Source: an uncultured beta proteobacterium
Lineage (GTDB): Bacteria > Pseudomonadota > Gammaproteobacteria > Burkholderiales > Burkholderiaceae_B
Assembly: GCA_903865015.1 (NCBI GenBank)
Contig: CAIPID010000282.1
Location: 1-61,767 of the forward strand
Direction: 5' to 3'
Length of the DNA stretch: 61,767 nt
Shown: positions 31,187 to 39,786 of the stretch, piece by piece
How positions within the stretch are numbered: position 1 is the first letter of the stretch
Layout: each line of letters starts with the position of its first letter
Notes under the pieces: model-generated
Told to the model about the DNA's origin: nothing
Seen by the model: only the letters and a program-made list of their open reading frames with translations
Databases searched by the model: none
Position numbers and translations under genes: made by a program

Positions 31187-32224
31187 ATGTTGAATCGATT
31201 TGCTGTGTTTAAACGCTTGCCCGTCTGGGGCATGCGTGCGGCGATATTTTGTATTGGGCTGGGCGTGGCGCAAGTTATCCACGCTCAGTCCAATGCATCC
31301 GCGCCAGCACCGGCTGTGCAGTCCGCAGCAGATTACCCTAACAAACCGATCACCATGGTCGTGCCCTTTGGACCGGGCACGCTGACAGATATCCTGGCTA
31401 GAATTCTGGCAAGTAAGTTAGCCGAAAGTCTTGGCCAGTCGGTGATCGCTGAAAATAAAGCGGGAGCGGATGGAAATATAGGCGCGAATTTTCTTCTGGC
31501 TGCCAAACCCGATGGCTATACCTTGATGGTTGGGCCTACAAGCATCGGGGCGATTAATGTCACGTTACATAAAAATACTAAATACGATCCTCAACGAGAT
31601 TTTGTTGCGATTACCAATATCGCGACAGTCACAAATGTTCTCGTGATTGGTCCGCAGGTGCCTGCAAAAAACTTACCCGAACTTTTAGCGCTACTTAAAA
31701 AACAAGGTATGACTTTTGGTTCGAGTGGTGCGGGTGGCAGTATGCATTTGTCCGGAGAAATGTTTAAAAAAATGGCCCAGGCCGACATGATTCATGTGCC
31801 CTATAAAAGCAGCCCTGCCGTCGTCAACGATGTGATTGGCGGACGTGTGGACATGATGTTTTGTAACCTGCCCATTTGTTTGCCCTTGATTCGCTCAGGC
31901 AAACTGACTGCACTGGGTGTGACTTCCGTTGAGCGCTCGCCACTTTTACCTGACGTGCCAAGCATCTCCGAGGGCGGACTCAAGGGATATGAGGTAGAAG
32001 GCTGGTTTGGACTCTATGCACCTCGCGCGACACCTGCGGCAATTGTGGAAAAGCTGAACAAAGCCGCGGTTAAGGTGTTGCAGGATCCTGATATTAAGAG
32101 TCAATTACTTTCACAAGGTGCAGTGACGGTGGGTGATTCGCAAGAACATTTCGATTTATTTACCCGTGATGAGCGAGCGAAATGGGCAAAGATTATTCAA
32201 GAGGCTGGCATCGAGCTTGAATAG
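31187..32224 (+). CDS. Bug/TctC solute receptor
   Basis: PFGPGTLTD, ENKAGADG, VPYKSS. Confidence 0.92.
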   Translation: MLNRFAVFKRLPVWGMRAAIFCIGLGVAQVIHAQSNASAPAPAVQSAADYPNKPITMVVPFGPGTLTDILARILASKLAESLGQSVIAENKAGADGNIGANFLLAAKPDGYTLMVGPTSIGAINVTLHKNTKYDPQRDFVAITNIATVTNVLVIGPQVPAKNLPELLALLKKQGMTFGSSGAGGSMHLSGEMFKKMAQADMIHVPYKSSPAVVNDVIGGRVDMMFCNLPICLPLIRSGKLTALGVTSVERSPLLPDVPSISEGGLKGYEVEGWFGLYAPRATPAAIVEKLNKAAVKVLQDPDIKSQLLSQGAVTVGDSQEHFDLFTRDERAKWAKIIQEAGIELE

Positions 32225-33125
32225 GAAAAATGAATTAACGCATACGGCCTTTGCCACCTTGCTGTTGGTGGGGCTGGTCATGGGTGCGAATCATGTCGCG
32301 GCACGTGTCGCCTTTAATCATGGCGTGAATGTAGCCACTGCAGTTACCGTGCGTAGCGGTGTCACGGCGATTGTGGTGTCAATCCTGATTCTTGTCATGA
32401 ATGTGCCGGTTCGCTTCACGCGCCAGCACATTAGGATTTTGCCTGTCATCGGTATGCTGATGGCGATCCAGAGTGTGAGTATTTATTCGTCGGTGGTCAG
32501 ACTACCTGTTTCGTTGGCTTTGCTGGCTTTTAATACCTATCCATTATGGATCGCATTGTGGGCGCGTCTGTTATATGGCCAGCGCCCTGAGCCGCAGGTG
32601 TTGCGCGCCATGCCGATATTGTTGTTTGGTCTTGCGCTCGCGCTGGATGTGTTTGGCGCGACCTCCGGGCTTGGAGTGAAAGGCCAGTGGGGTGCGATCG
32701 GCGTGGGCGTCGCCTTTGCACTGACCGCTGGAGCCACGTTCGGCCTTGCGATGGTGCTTACCCAACAGAAAGCCGCTGATCTCGATGGGCGCGTGCGGAC
32801 AGCCGCGACGATGTGGATGATCGGTATTCTCGCCATGGTAGGTACCAAGTTAACGGGTGATTTTCATTGGCCTGACGCCGCTGCGGGATGGTGGGGTCTT
32901 GCCGCATTGTCTGTCCTGTATGGCACAGGCTTTACCATTATGTTTACCGTTTTGCCACGCTTAGGTGTGGTCGGTAACTCCGCCATCATGAATGTCGAGC
33001 CCATCTTTGCATTGATTCTGGCCTGGTTGATTTTGGGTCAGTCAATCGCCTGGGTACAAGTGCTCGGTGCCTGCATTGTGGTTGGAACGGTCATTAAAAT
33101 CGGATTAAGAAAACAATCCAAATGA
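32217..33125 (+). CDS. DMT/EamA family transporter
   Basis: About ten hydrophobic segments, NTYP and NVEPIFA motifs; TTG start at 32217 is uncertain. Confidence 0.85.
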   Translation: MNRKNELTHTAFATLLLVGLVMGANHVAARVAFNHGVNVATAVTVRSGVTAIVVSILILVMNVPVRFTRQHIRILPVIGMLMAIQSVSIYSSVVRLPVSLALLAFNTYPLWIALWARLLYGQRPEPQVLRAMPILLFGLALALDVFGATSGLGVKGQWGAIGVGVAFALTAGATFGLAMVLTQQKAADLDGRVRTAATMWMIGILAMVGTKLTGDFHWPDAAAGWWGLAALSVLYGTGFTIMFTVLPRLGVVGNSAIMNVEPIFALILAWLILGQSIAWVQVLGACIVVGTVIKIGLRKQSK

Positions 33126-33132
33126 ATATTGC

Positions 33133-33345
33133 ATGATGAGCAGCAAGATGAACATTACGCCACCCTTTGAACCAGGCGAAAAAGTCCAGCACGTTAAGAC
33201 CGGCGGCTTTTATCAAATTGTTTGTGAGGCAAGGATCGAAGCCACACTCGAAGACGCCTATGTGTATCAGGCGCTTCGTAATATGACTTTCTGGATCAGA
33301 CCCAAAGCGGAAATGCTCGATGGGCGGTTTGTGCGCGCGTCATGA
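33133..33345 (+). CDS. small DUF1653-like protein
   Basis: HVKTGGFY..V..A...T.E..YVY....FWIRP..M...RF pattern. Confidence 0.65.
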   Translation: MMSSKMNITPPFEPGEKVQHVKTGGFYQIVCEARIEATLEDAYVYQALRNMTFWIRPKAEMLDGRFVRAS

Positions 33346-33371
33346 CGCGCATTTGATTGCGTGGCAAACGT

Positions 33372-34589
33372 TCAATTCACAGACTGGATCATGTTGCGCA
33401 CGACCGGATAAATTTGTGCCTCCCAGCGTTTGCCGTTAAAGACCCCGTAGTGTCCGACACCGGCTTGCAGGTGATGCGATTTTTTGTAAGCGGGCAGGCC
33501 CGAGCAGAGGTCTTGCGCGGCAAGTGTCTGACCAATCCCGCAAATATCGTCGCGCTCGCCTTCTACTGTCAGTAAGAAGGGGCGTTTAATCGCTTTCAGA
33601 TTGATCTTTTGTCCCTGATAGGTCAACGTGCCTTTTGCCAACGCATACTCTTGAAACACGTGTTTAATCGTCTCAAGATAAAAATCCGCTGACAAATCCA
33701 TAATCGCAAAATATTCTTCGTAAAAATCCCGAATCGCATTTGCTTTCTGGTGCTCGCCATCGAGGCGATTGGTGTACAGATTTTTGAATGATTCACGATG
33801 ACGATCCGGATTCATGCTCATGAACGCGATCAGCTGCATGAACCCGGGGTAGACACGACGACCTGCTCCTGCAAATTCAGGCGGGACCGTATCGATCAAT
33901 TTTTGCTCAAACCAGTCAAAGGGTTTGTCATTCGCGAGTTTATTGACTGCTGTCGGATTGATGCGCGCGTCCACGGGGCCTGCCATCAATGTAAGACTGA
34001 CAGGCTGACAGGGATCTTTTCGCTCTGCCATCACCGCAGTCGCGGCGAGGCACGAGACTGTGGGCTGGCATACCCCCATCAGGTGCGCACCGGGTCCCAG
34101 GAACTGCATGAATTCAATAATATGACCGGTATACGCATCGAGATCAAACCTGCCTTCTGATGAAGATACGTTGCGAATATTTTTCCAGTCGGTCAGGTAG
34201 ACCTCGTGGTCTTTGAGTAGTGTTTTGACTGTGCCCGCGAGTAAGGTTGCAAAATGGCCTGACATGGGTGCTACAAGCAATACTTTGGGCAAGACGGCCT
34301 TATCTAGTCGTTTGAAACGCAGCAGCCCACAAAATGGCGTTGAAAATACTGTCGTTTCCTCGACGCCATAGGTCACACCTTTTGAGCATACAACCTCGTG
34401 GATATTGAAAGCCGGGCGTGTATGCGTTAATCCCATTAATTTAATCTGTTCACATTGGGCATCAAGATGTGGCAGGGGAGTCAAGCCAATTAACTGCATC
34501 CATTGCGTGTGTGCGGATTGCGTTGCATCGCCGATCCGTTGGACTGACTCGATCCAGTTCGCATAGCCTTGGTAGCTTTTGTAGAGCAT
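33372..34589 (-). CDS. phaZ: intracellular polyhydroxyalkanoate depolymerase
   Basis: VAPMSGHFATLL, GVCQP (Cys nucleophile), VYPGF, EGERDD, GVGHYG. Confidence 0.95.
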   Translation of the reverse strand: MLYKSYQGYANWIESVQRIGDATQSAHTQWMQLIGLTPLPHLDAQCEQIKLMGLTHTRPAFNIHEVVCSKGVTYGVEETTVFSTPFCGLLRFKRLDKAVLPKVLLVAPMSGHFATLLAGTVKTLLKDHEVYLTDWKNIRNVSSSEGRFDLDAYTGHIIEFMQFLGPGAHLMGVCQPTVSCLAATAVMAERKDPCQPVSLTLMAGPVDARINPTAVNKLANDKPFDWFEQKLIDTVPPEFAGAGRRVYPGFMQLIAFMSMNPDRHRESFKNLYTNRLDGEHQKANAIRDFYEEYFAIMDLSADFYLETIKHVFQEYALAKGTLTYQGQKINLKAIKRPFLLTVEGERDDICGIGQTLAAQDLCSGLPAYKKSHHLQAGVGHYGVFNGKRWEAQIYPVVRNMIQSVN

Positions 34590-34622
34590 GGACGATCCTC
34601 CGATTGATCACAGAGCTTACAA

Positions 34623-34638
34623 AGCAAAACCCATGCCA
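34623..34638 (-). promoter_or_regulatory. sigma54 -24/-12 promoter toward phaZ
   Basis: Minus strand TGGCATGGGTTTTGCT (GG-N10-GC). Confidence 0.75.
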
Positions 34639-34641
34639 GAC

Positions 34642-34657
34642 TGGCATGCTTTTTGCA
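34642..34657 (+). promoter_or_regulatory. sigma54 -24/-12 promoter toward GST-cupin
   Basis: TGGCATGCTTTTTGCA (GG-N10-GC). Confidence 0.8.
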
Positions 34658-34682
34658 TAAAACTTGAAAACCCTTTTTCAGG

Positions 34683-35351
34683 ATGTACGCCATGGCTCAT
34701 TCCACAACACTGACAATCAGCAGCAAAAACTATTCCTCCTGGTCATTGCGAGGATGGCTCATGCTCAAGTTCTCTGGTGTGAAATTCAAGGAGGTCATCG
34801 TCGAACCGGGTGATGTGGATGCGCGTGCCGAACTGCTTTTATTATCTCCCTCAATTCTTGTCCCTTGTCTGAATCACAACGGTTCAAAGGTCTGGGATAC
34901 TCTCGCGATTGGCGAATATTTGAATGAGGTTGCACCAAATGCGGGGCTTTTGCCCACCAATCCGGTGCATCGGGCGCATTGTCGGTCTATCTGCGGCGAA
35001 ATGCACTCAGGGTTCGATGCGTTACGTGGGGCTTTGCCAATGAATATCAAAGCGCGCATCAAGGGTTTTAAAGTCTGGTCTAAAGCCCAGTCTGATATCG
35101 ATCGTATTCTGTTGATCTGGCGCGACTGCTTGCAGACGTATCAGGGCCCATTTTTATTTGGTGAAACTCCAGGCATCGCTGATGCGATGTTTGCACCGGT
35201 TGTTTTACGTTTTTTAACCTACGGCATCACAGTTGACGCCGCATGCCAGGCGTATTGCGACCATATTCTGGCATTGCCTGAAATGAAGCAATGGATTTCC
35301 GCCGCCATTGAAGAGCCCGAAGACATAGAAGAGTTGCAGGTTGAGTTTTAA
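34683..35351 (+). CDS. glutathione S-transferase family protein
   Basis: KNYSSWSLRGW, LVPCL, WDTLAI, EMHSGF, ADAMFAP; start may be 34692. Confidence 0.92.
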   Translation: MYAMAHSTTLTISSKNYSSWSLRGWLMLKFSGVKFKEVIVEPGDVDARAELLLLSPSILVPCLNHNGSKVWDTLAIGEYLNEVAPNAGLLPTNPVHRAHCRSICGEMHSGFDALRGALPMNIKARIKGFKVWSKAQSDIDRILLIWRDCLQTYQGPFLFGETPGIADAMFAPVVLRFLTYGITVDAACQAYCDHILALPEMKQWISAAIEEPEDIEELQVEF

Positions 35352-35448
35352 GCATTCGATAATGTGAGATAACCAAAAAACAACGAAGAGACAGCGTCAT
35401 TGATGAAAGGAGTTTTTACTGTGATGTAGTGCCAATGGAGCCTTGACT

Positions 35449-35898
35449 ATGAATAATCGTGCTGAGTTTTCCAGTGATAACTTGTTTTCGCATCAAAAAT
35501 CCCGAGACACGCAATTTTTGCCAAATGGTCTGCGTGATTTCTTTGTGTACAAAGATCTTGGCATTGCCGATGCGACCAAAGGGCGTGTAGTTGCCCATAT
35601 CGCTAAGGCTAATTTGCCACCTACTGACGGGACAGGCTGGCACTACCACGTGGCTGAGTTCCAGATCGTGATCATGTTGAAAGGCTGGGCGCGCTTCATG
35701 TATGAGGACAAGGAGACGCTTGTCGAGGCGGGTGATTGCGTGCATCAACGTCCAGGTATTGTTCATTACCTGTTCGATTACTCACCTGACATGGAGTATC
35801 TTGAAATCGTTGGACCAGCAGACTTTGAGTCGATTCCTGTTGAATCAGGCCCGTGTGCTGTTCCACCCGTCACGCCTTGGCCGGCCCAGCTGGGTTAA
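35449..35898 (+). CDS. cupin domain protein
   Basis: GWHYH...Q...G and GDCVHQRPGIVH cupin motifs. Confidence 0.88.
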   Translation: MNNRAEFSSDNLFSHQKSRDTQFLPNGLRDFFVYKDLGIADATKGRVVAHIAKANLPPTDGTGWHYHVAEFQIVIMLKGWARFMYEDKETLVEAGDCVHQRPGIVHYLFDYSPDMEYLEIVGPADFESIPVESGPCAVPPVTPWPAQLG

Positions 35899-36824
35899 AC
35901 CGTCTTGTTCGGATCTGGGCGTACGACCTGTTTGGCGAGGCCTGCTTTTTCTAGCACCCAAACTGAAACGTACGTCAGATCCAGCTCAAACCAGCGATGA
36001 CCGTGCTTGGCAGAGCGAGGCTGTGCATGATGATTGTTATGCCAGCCTTCTCCCATTGCAATCAGGGCCACAAACCAGTTGTTGCGGCTGCGATCCGTTG
36101 TCTCATAGTTTTGATAACCAAACAGATGGGCGAGCGAATTGACAGACCAGGTGATGTGCCAGACCAGCACCGTACGCACGAACACGCCCCAGATCAGAAT
36201 GCTCGTTCCGAATCGCAATGCCTCTTGCAATGTGTCGCCTGTGAGCAAGGCCGCAATCATCCCTGCCAGGAAAAATACAACCCACGAACCCAATACGATC
36301 ATTGCGTAGAGGGGGCCTTCGAGTTTTTTGTAGAACGGGTCGCGCAGGATATCTTTTGCGTAACGCGCGTAAATCTCCAGGCGACTGACATCGGTATTTT
36401 CGATCACCATCCAACCCATGTGTCCCCATAGAAAACTCACCAGTGGGCTATGTGGGTCTTCGGTCTCGTCAGAGTGCTCGTGGTGGCGTCGATGAATGGC
36501 CACCCAGTGTGCGGGCGTGTCCTGCATGCAGCACACGCCGAATACCGCAAAAGTGTGCTCTAGCCATTTAGGGCAGACTAAGCCGCGATGGGTCAATAAA
36601 CGATGAAAGCACAGGTTGATGCCGAGCGTGCCAAATACATAGAGTCCCGCGAGCATTAGCACCACACCTGACCAACTGAAAAAGACGGGCATCAGTGCAA
36701 ACAGAGCGACCACGTGATAGAGCAGCAGCGTGATGGCATATGGCCAGACAATACGACGTGTATCCACGCCATGCGGCAGAGCGAGAGGGGTACGAAGTGC
36801 TTTATCAAGCATGCAGGCTGCCAC
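35895..36824 (-). CDS. delta-9-type fatty acid desaturase
   Basis: His boxes HRLLTH, HRRHH, HNNHH; DPHSP; start 36824 or 36812. Confidence 0.92.
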   Translation of the reverse strand: MAACMLDKALRTPLALPHGVDTRRIVWPYAITLLLYHVVALFALMPVFFSWSGVVLMLAGLYVFGTLGINLCFHRLLTHRGLVCPKWLEHTFAVFGVCCMQDTPAHWVAIHRRHHEHSDETEDPHSPLVSFLWGHMGWMVIENTDVSRLEIYARYAKDILRDPFYKKLEGPLYAMIVLGSWVVFFLAGMIAALLTGDTLQEALRFGTSILIWGVFVRTVLVWHITWSVNSLAHLFGYQNYETTDRSRNNWFVALIAMGEGWHNNHHAQPRSAKHGHRWFELDLTYVSVWVLEKAGLAKQVVRPDPNKTV

Positions 36825-36909
36825 GTCAATGGTGAGCAGCCGACAGGTGACGGGTGCTGGTAGTCCTTTGACCTTAACACTAATTTGTGACGCGTGTATT
36901 GCGAGGCGC

Positions 36910-38607
36910 TTAAATCAAGCTCCAGCAGTCATCTTTCTCGATCACTCGATTTTCTTTTTTGAGTTTGTATAAATGAGCAAGCAGCGAGCGAGCAGCCAAT
37001 GCGTGGCGCTGGACGGGTGTGTCCTGATAGGCTTGCGCGACGAGCGCATCGATTGTTTGAGGTGAATCGCTCGATTGGATCGCTGCGATGATTTTATTTT
37101 CACGCGCCAGGCGATGCAGTACGAGCCTATCGATCGCATGTTCAGGGTGACCCATTAAAAAACCATGACCAGGTGCTAAATAATCGACATCTAGTTGTTT
37201 AAGCATCTCCAGTGATTGCAGGTAAGCATACATATCACCGTCAGGGGGATTGATGACAACGGTGGAGCCTTGCATCAAGTGATCACCGGTAAAGAGGATT
37301 TTCTCCGATTCATGGAGATAGCAAAGATGATTAGAGGCATGTCCAGGTGTATGGATGGCACGCAATCTAATGCCCGCTAATTCTAAAATCTGGTCGTGCG
37401 CCGGAATGACATCAGGGGTAAATTCCTGGTCCTGATTCGCGTGCGGTGGAGCAGCCATGCCAAAAACTGTTGCACCAGTGAGTGCTTTAAGTTTGTTTGA
37501 TGCAGGTGAATGGTCTCGGTGGGTATGGGTGGTCAGAATCCATTTGATCGCTCCGGGTGCATAGCGAATAATCGCCTCGATATGCTCACTCAGGTCGGGA
37601 CCGGGATCAATCACGGCCACTCCGGTTTGAGGCGAACCAAGCAGATATGTATTGGTGCCAGGCCCGGTCATGACGCCAGGATTGGGCGCCGTCAGTCGCC
37701 AGACATCTTTAGCAAGTTGCACGGGATGTCCCGGATCGATATCGGATTTAGTCGTGCCTTTGTTTTCCGGATCCAGTTTTTGCGCTTCTGCATAAGCATA
37801 GTCGCTTTGGATCAGCATGCGGATTGAGCCATCGCGTGCGGTGGATACGTGAGGCGTAGTCGCTGCGATCTCAGGTTTGGTGCGAGCATGTGCGAGCAAA
37901 TCCTCTACGCGCGCAAACTGCACCAGACTCTCCAGCGTCTTGATCGTGGGGAACATCAGATCAATCTCCCCCTGTTTGAATAGCTCAAGTGCCGCGTTTG
38001 GACGTACCCAAAGATGCGCAACAGTTTCTGAGTTGTCATGCATCGCAATTTGCTCGGCGGGTGCCGGTGCAATAAAAAATCTCGTATCGTAACGTCGTGG
38101 ACGTCCTGGCGTGGTGATCCAGTGGCTGTAATAAATTAACTGATCTGTTGCTGCGCGCAATTGCTCACGCTGCAGGAGTTGCGCGAAGCTCAGTTTGTTC
38201 TCTGCCAGCTCAAGTCTCAGCGCCGCAAGTTTCTCTGCGTCTGATGCATCGAGTTGTAGCCGTGTCTGGTCGTTACGATAGCCGATTAGCAATCCGGCTT
38301 CTTCAAAACACTCCCGAATCGCTGCGACCCAATAGGCAAGACCGCCAGTTTGTATGCCGAGTTCAGCACTCGCTCGATCATCGTCGACTCCGATGCACAA
38401 TGCGTGCATCTCACCATCATGATCAGACGCATCCACACCCCCACCCGGAAAGACATGCATGCCTTTTGCGAATGTGACTTCGGTGGTGCGTTTCATCATG
38501 AACACTTCAACCCCGTGTGCGGAGTCGCGCGCCAGAATGATGGTGGCAGCAGGGCGGGGATGTGATGGGTCTTTATGCACAAACGACTCGGGTTTGAAAG
38601 TATTCAT
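36910..38607 (-). CDS. Nudix hydrolase (NUDT19-like) fused to a metallo-beta-lactamase-fold domain (LACTB2-like)
   Basis: VFPGG...AAIRECFEEAG, WITTP..RRYDTRFF; APNPGVMTGPGTNTY, THTHRDH, TPGH, FTGD, PGHG. Confidence 0.88.
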   Translation of the reverse strand: MNTFKPESFVHKDPSHPRPAATIILARDSAHGVEVFMMKRTTEVTFAKGMHVFPGGGVDASDHDGEMHALCIGVDDDRASAELGIQTGGLAYWVAAIRECFEEAGLLIGYRNDQTRLQLDASDAEKLAALRLELAENKLSFAQLLQREQLRAATDQLIYYSHWITTPGRPRRYDTRFFIAPAPAEQIAMHDNSETVAHLWVRPNAALELFKQGEIDLMFPTIKTLESLVQFARVEDLLAHARTKPEIAATTPHVSTARDGSIRMLIQSDYAYAEAQKLDPENKGTTKSDIDPGHPVQLAKDVWRLTAPNPGVMTGPGTNTYLLGSPQTGVAVIDPGPDLSEHIEAIIRYAPGAIKWILTTHTHRDHSPASNKLKALTGATVFGMAAPPHANQDQEFTPDVIPAHDQILELAGIRLRAIHTPGHASNHLCYLHESEKILFTGDHLMQGSTVVINPPDGDMYAYLQSLEMLKQLDVDYLAPGHGFLMGHPEHAIDRLVLHRLARENKIIAAIQSSDSPQTIDALVAQAYQDTPVQRHALAARSLLAHLYKLKKENRVIEKDDCWSLI

Positions 38608-38711
38608 CTCTGGATGCGGATGCAGCCAGATCAACGCAGACTATAAAAATCAGACTCATAACCAGGGTTTAGGATAGCATTGACACAGATAAACATAACA
38701 AAAGGAGATAT

Positions 38712-39704
38712 ATGAAAAAGTTCATTTCCCGCAAAGTTTGGACAGCACTAGTTGCCATAACACTCGCAGGATTTTTTTGCGGCGCAGCAATTGCGCAGCA
38801 AAGTGTTTGGCCGAGTCACCCGATCAGGATGGTGATTCCTTTTGGTGCCGGGGGAGGGACAGATGTGATTGGCCGCCTACTTGCGCAAAAGTTGACTGAA
38901 AGTCTGGGACAGACTGTCGTGGTGGAGAATCGTCCTGGAGCAGGCGGGAGTCTGGGTACTGCAGAGGTGGCGCGTGCGCCGGGTGATGGATACACCATTC
39001 TGTTGGGGTCAAGCTCCACACATGGTATTAATCCAGGCATGTATGCCAAGTTACCTTATGACCCGATTAAAGACTTCGAACCTGTCGCCCTGATTGCGAC
39101 GAACCTGTTTGTGATGGCAGTACCAAAAGACTCATCGGTCCGCACCGTTGCAGATCTGATTAAGCTCTCGCAGACTGCGCCAGGCAAATATGATTATGCG
39201 TCTTCTGGGAATGGCACCACCAGTCATCTTGCCGCGGCATTATTTGTTTCCATGTCAGGAGCCAGTCTTACGCATATCCCCTACAAAAGTAATGTGCCCG
39301 GCTTGACGGATCTGGTCGCAGGGCGCGTGGCGATGATGTTCGACAATATCACTGCGATGCAAACGCAGATTAATGCTGGAACCATTCGTCCTGTCGCCAC
39401 AACAGGACTCAAGCGTAGTGCAGTGTTAAAGGATATCCCGACTTTCGATGAGTCCGGTGTCAAGGGTTACGACATCAGGGGCTGGTTTTGCGTGCTCGCA
39501 CCGGCCGGGACACCTGCTGCGATTGTCGCAAAGCTCAATCAAGCGCTCGTCAGAATTGTGGCGATACCAGAGGTGACAGAAAAACTCGTTGCAATCGGCG
39601 CAGATCCTGAAACAGGTTCACCTGAAGATCTAAAAAAACTGATTGCCTCTGAAATTTTGAAATATAAAAATATTATTGAAATCGCAGGCGCAAAGGTCGA
39701 GTAA
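38712..39704 (+). CDS. Bug/TctC solute receptor
   Basis: PFGAGGGTD, ENRPGAGG, IPYKS; AAGGAG RBS. Confidence 0.93.
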   Translation: MKKFISRKVWTALVAITLAGFFCGAAIAQQSVWPSHPIRMVIPFGAGGGTDVIGRLLAQKLTESLGQTVVVENRPGAGGSLGTAEVARAPGDGYTILLGSSSTHGINPGMYAKLPYDPIKDFEPVALIATNLFVMAVPKDSSVRTVADLIKLSQTAPGKYDYASSGNGTTSHLAAALFVSMSGASLTHIPYKSNVPGLTDLVAGRVAMMFDNITAMQTQINAGTIRPVATTGLKRSAVLKDIPTFDESGVKGYDIRGWFCVLAPAGTPAAIVAKLNQALVRIVAIPEVTEKLVAIGADPETGSPEDLKKLIASEILKYKNIIEIAGAKVE

Positions 39705-39743
39705 AAAAAAGCTGCACGCCTTTTACAAGGTCGTGCAGCTTTT
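39704..39743. terminator. bidirectional intrinsic terminator between convergent genes
   Basis: AAAAAAAGCTGCACG...CGTGCAGCTTTT; a second hairpin GCCCTG/CAGGGC at 39753-39770. Confidence 0.8.
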
Positions 39744-39786
39744 CGAAGTGCAGCCCTGGGGGTTCAGGGCCAAACTTATTTAAGAA

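Noticed and set aside
32230-32238. ATG-AAT-TAA mini-ORF or frameshift at the EamA start
   Set aside because: An in-frame TTG at 32217 gives an intact protein, so there is no need to call a pseudogene.
34624-34656. Inverted repeat read as an intrinsic terminator
   Set aside because: It has a 1-nt loop and lies between divergent gene starts; two sigma54 elements explain it better.
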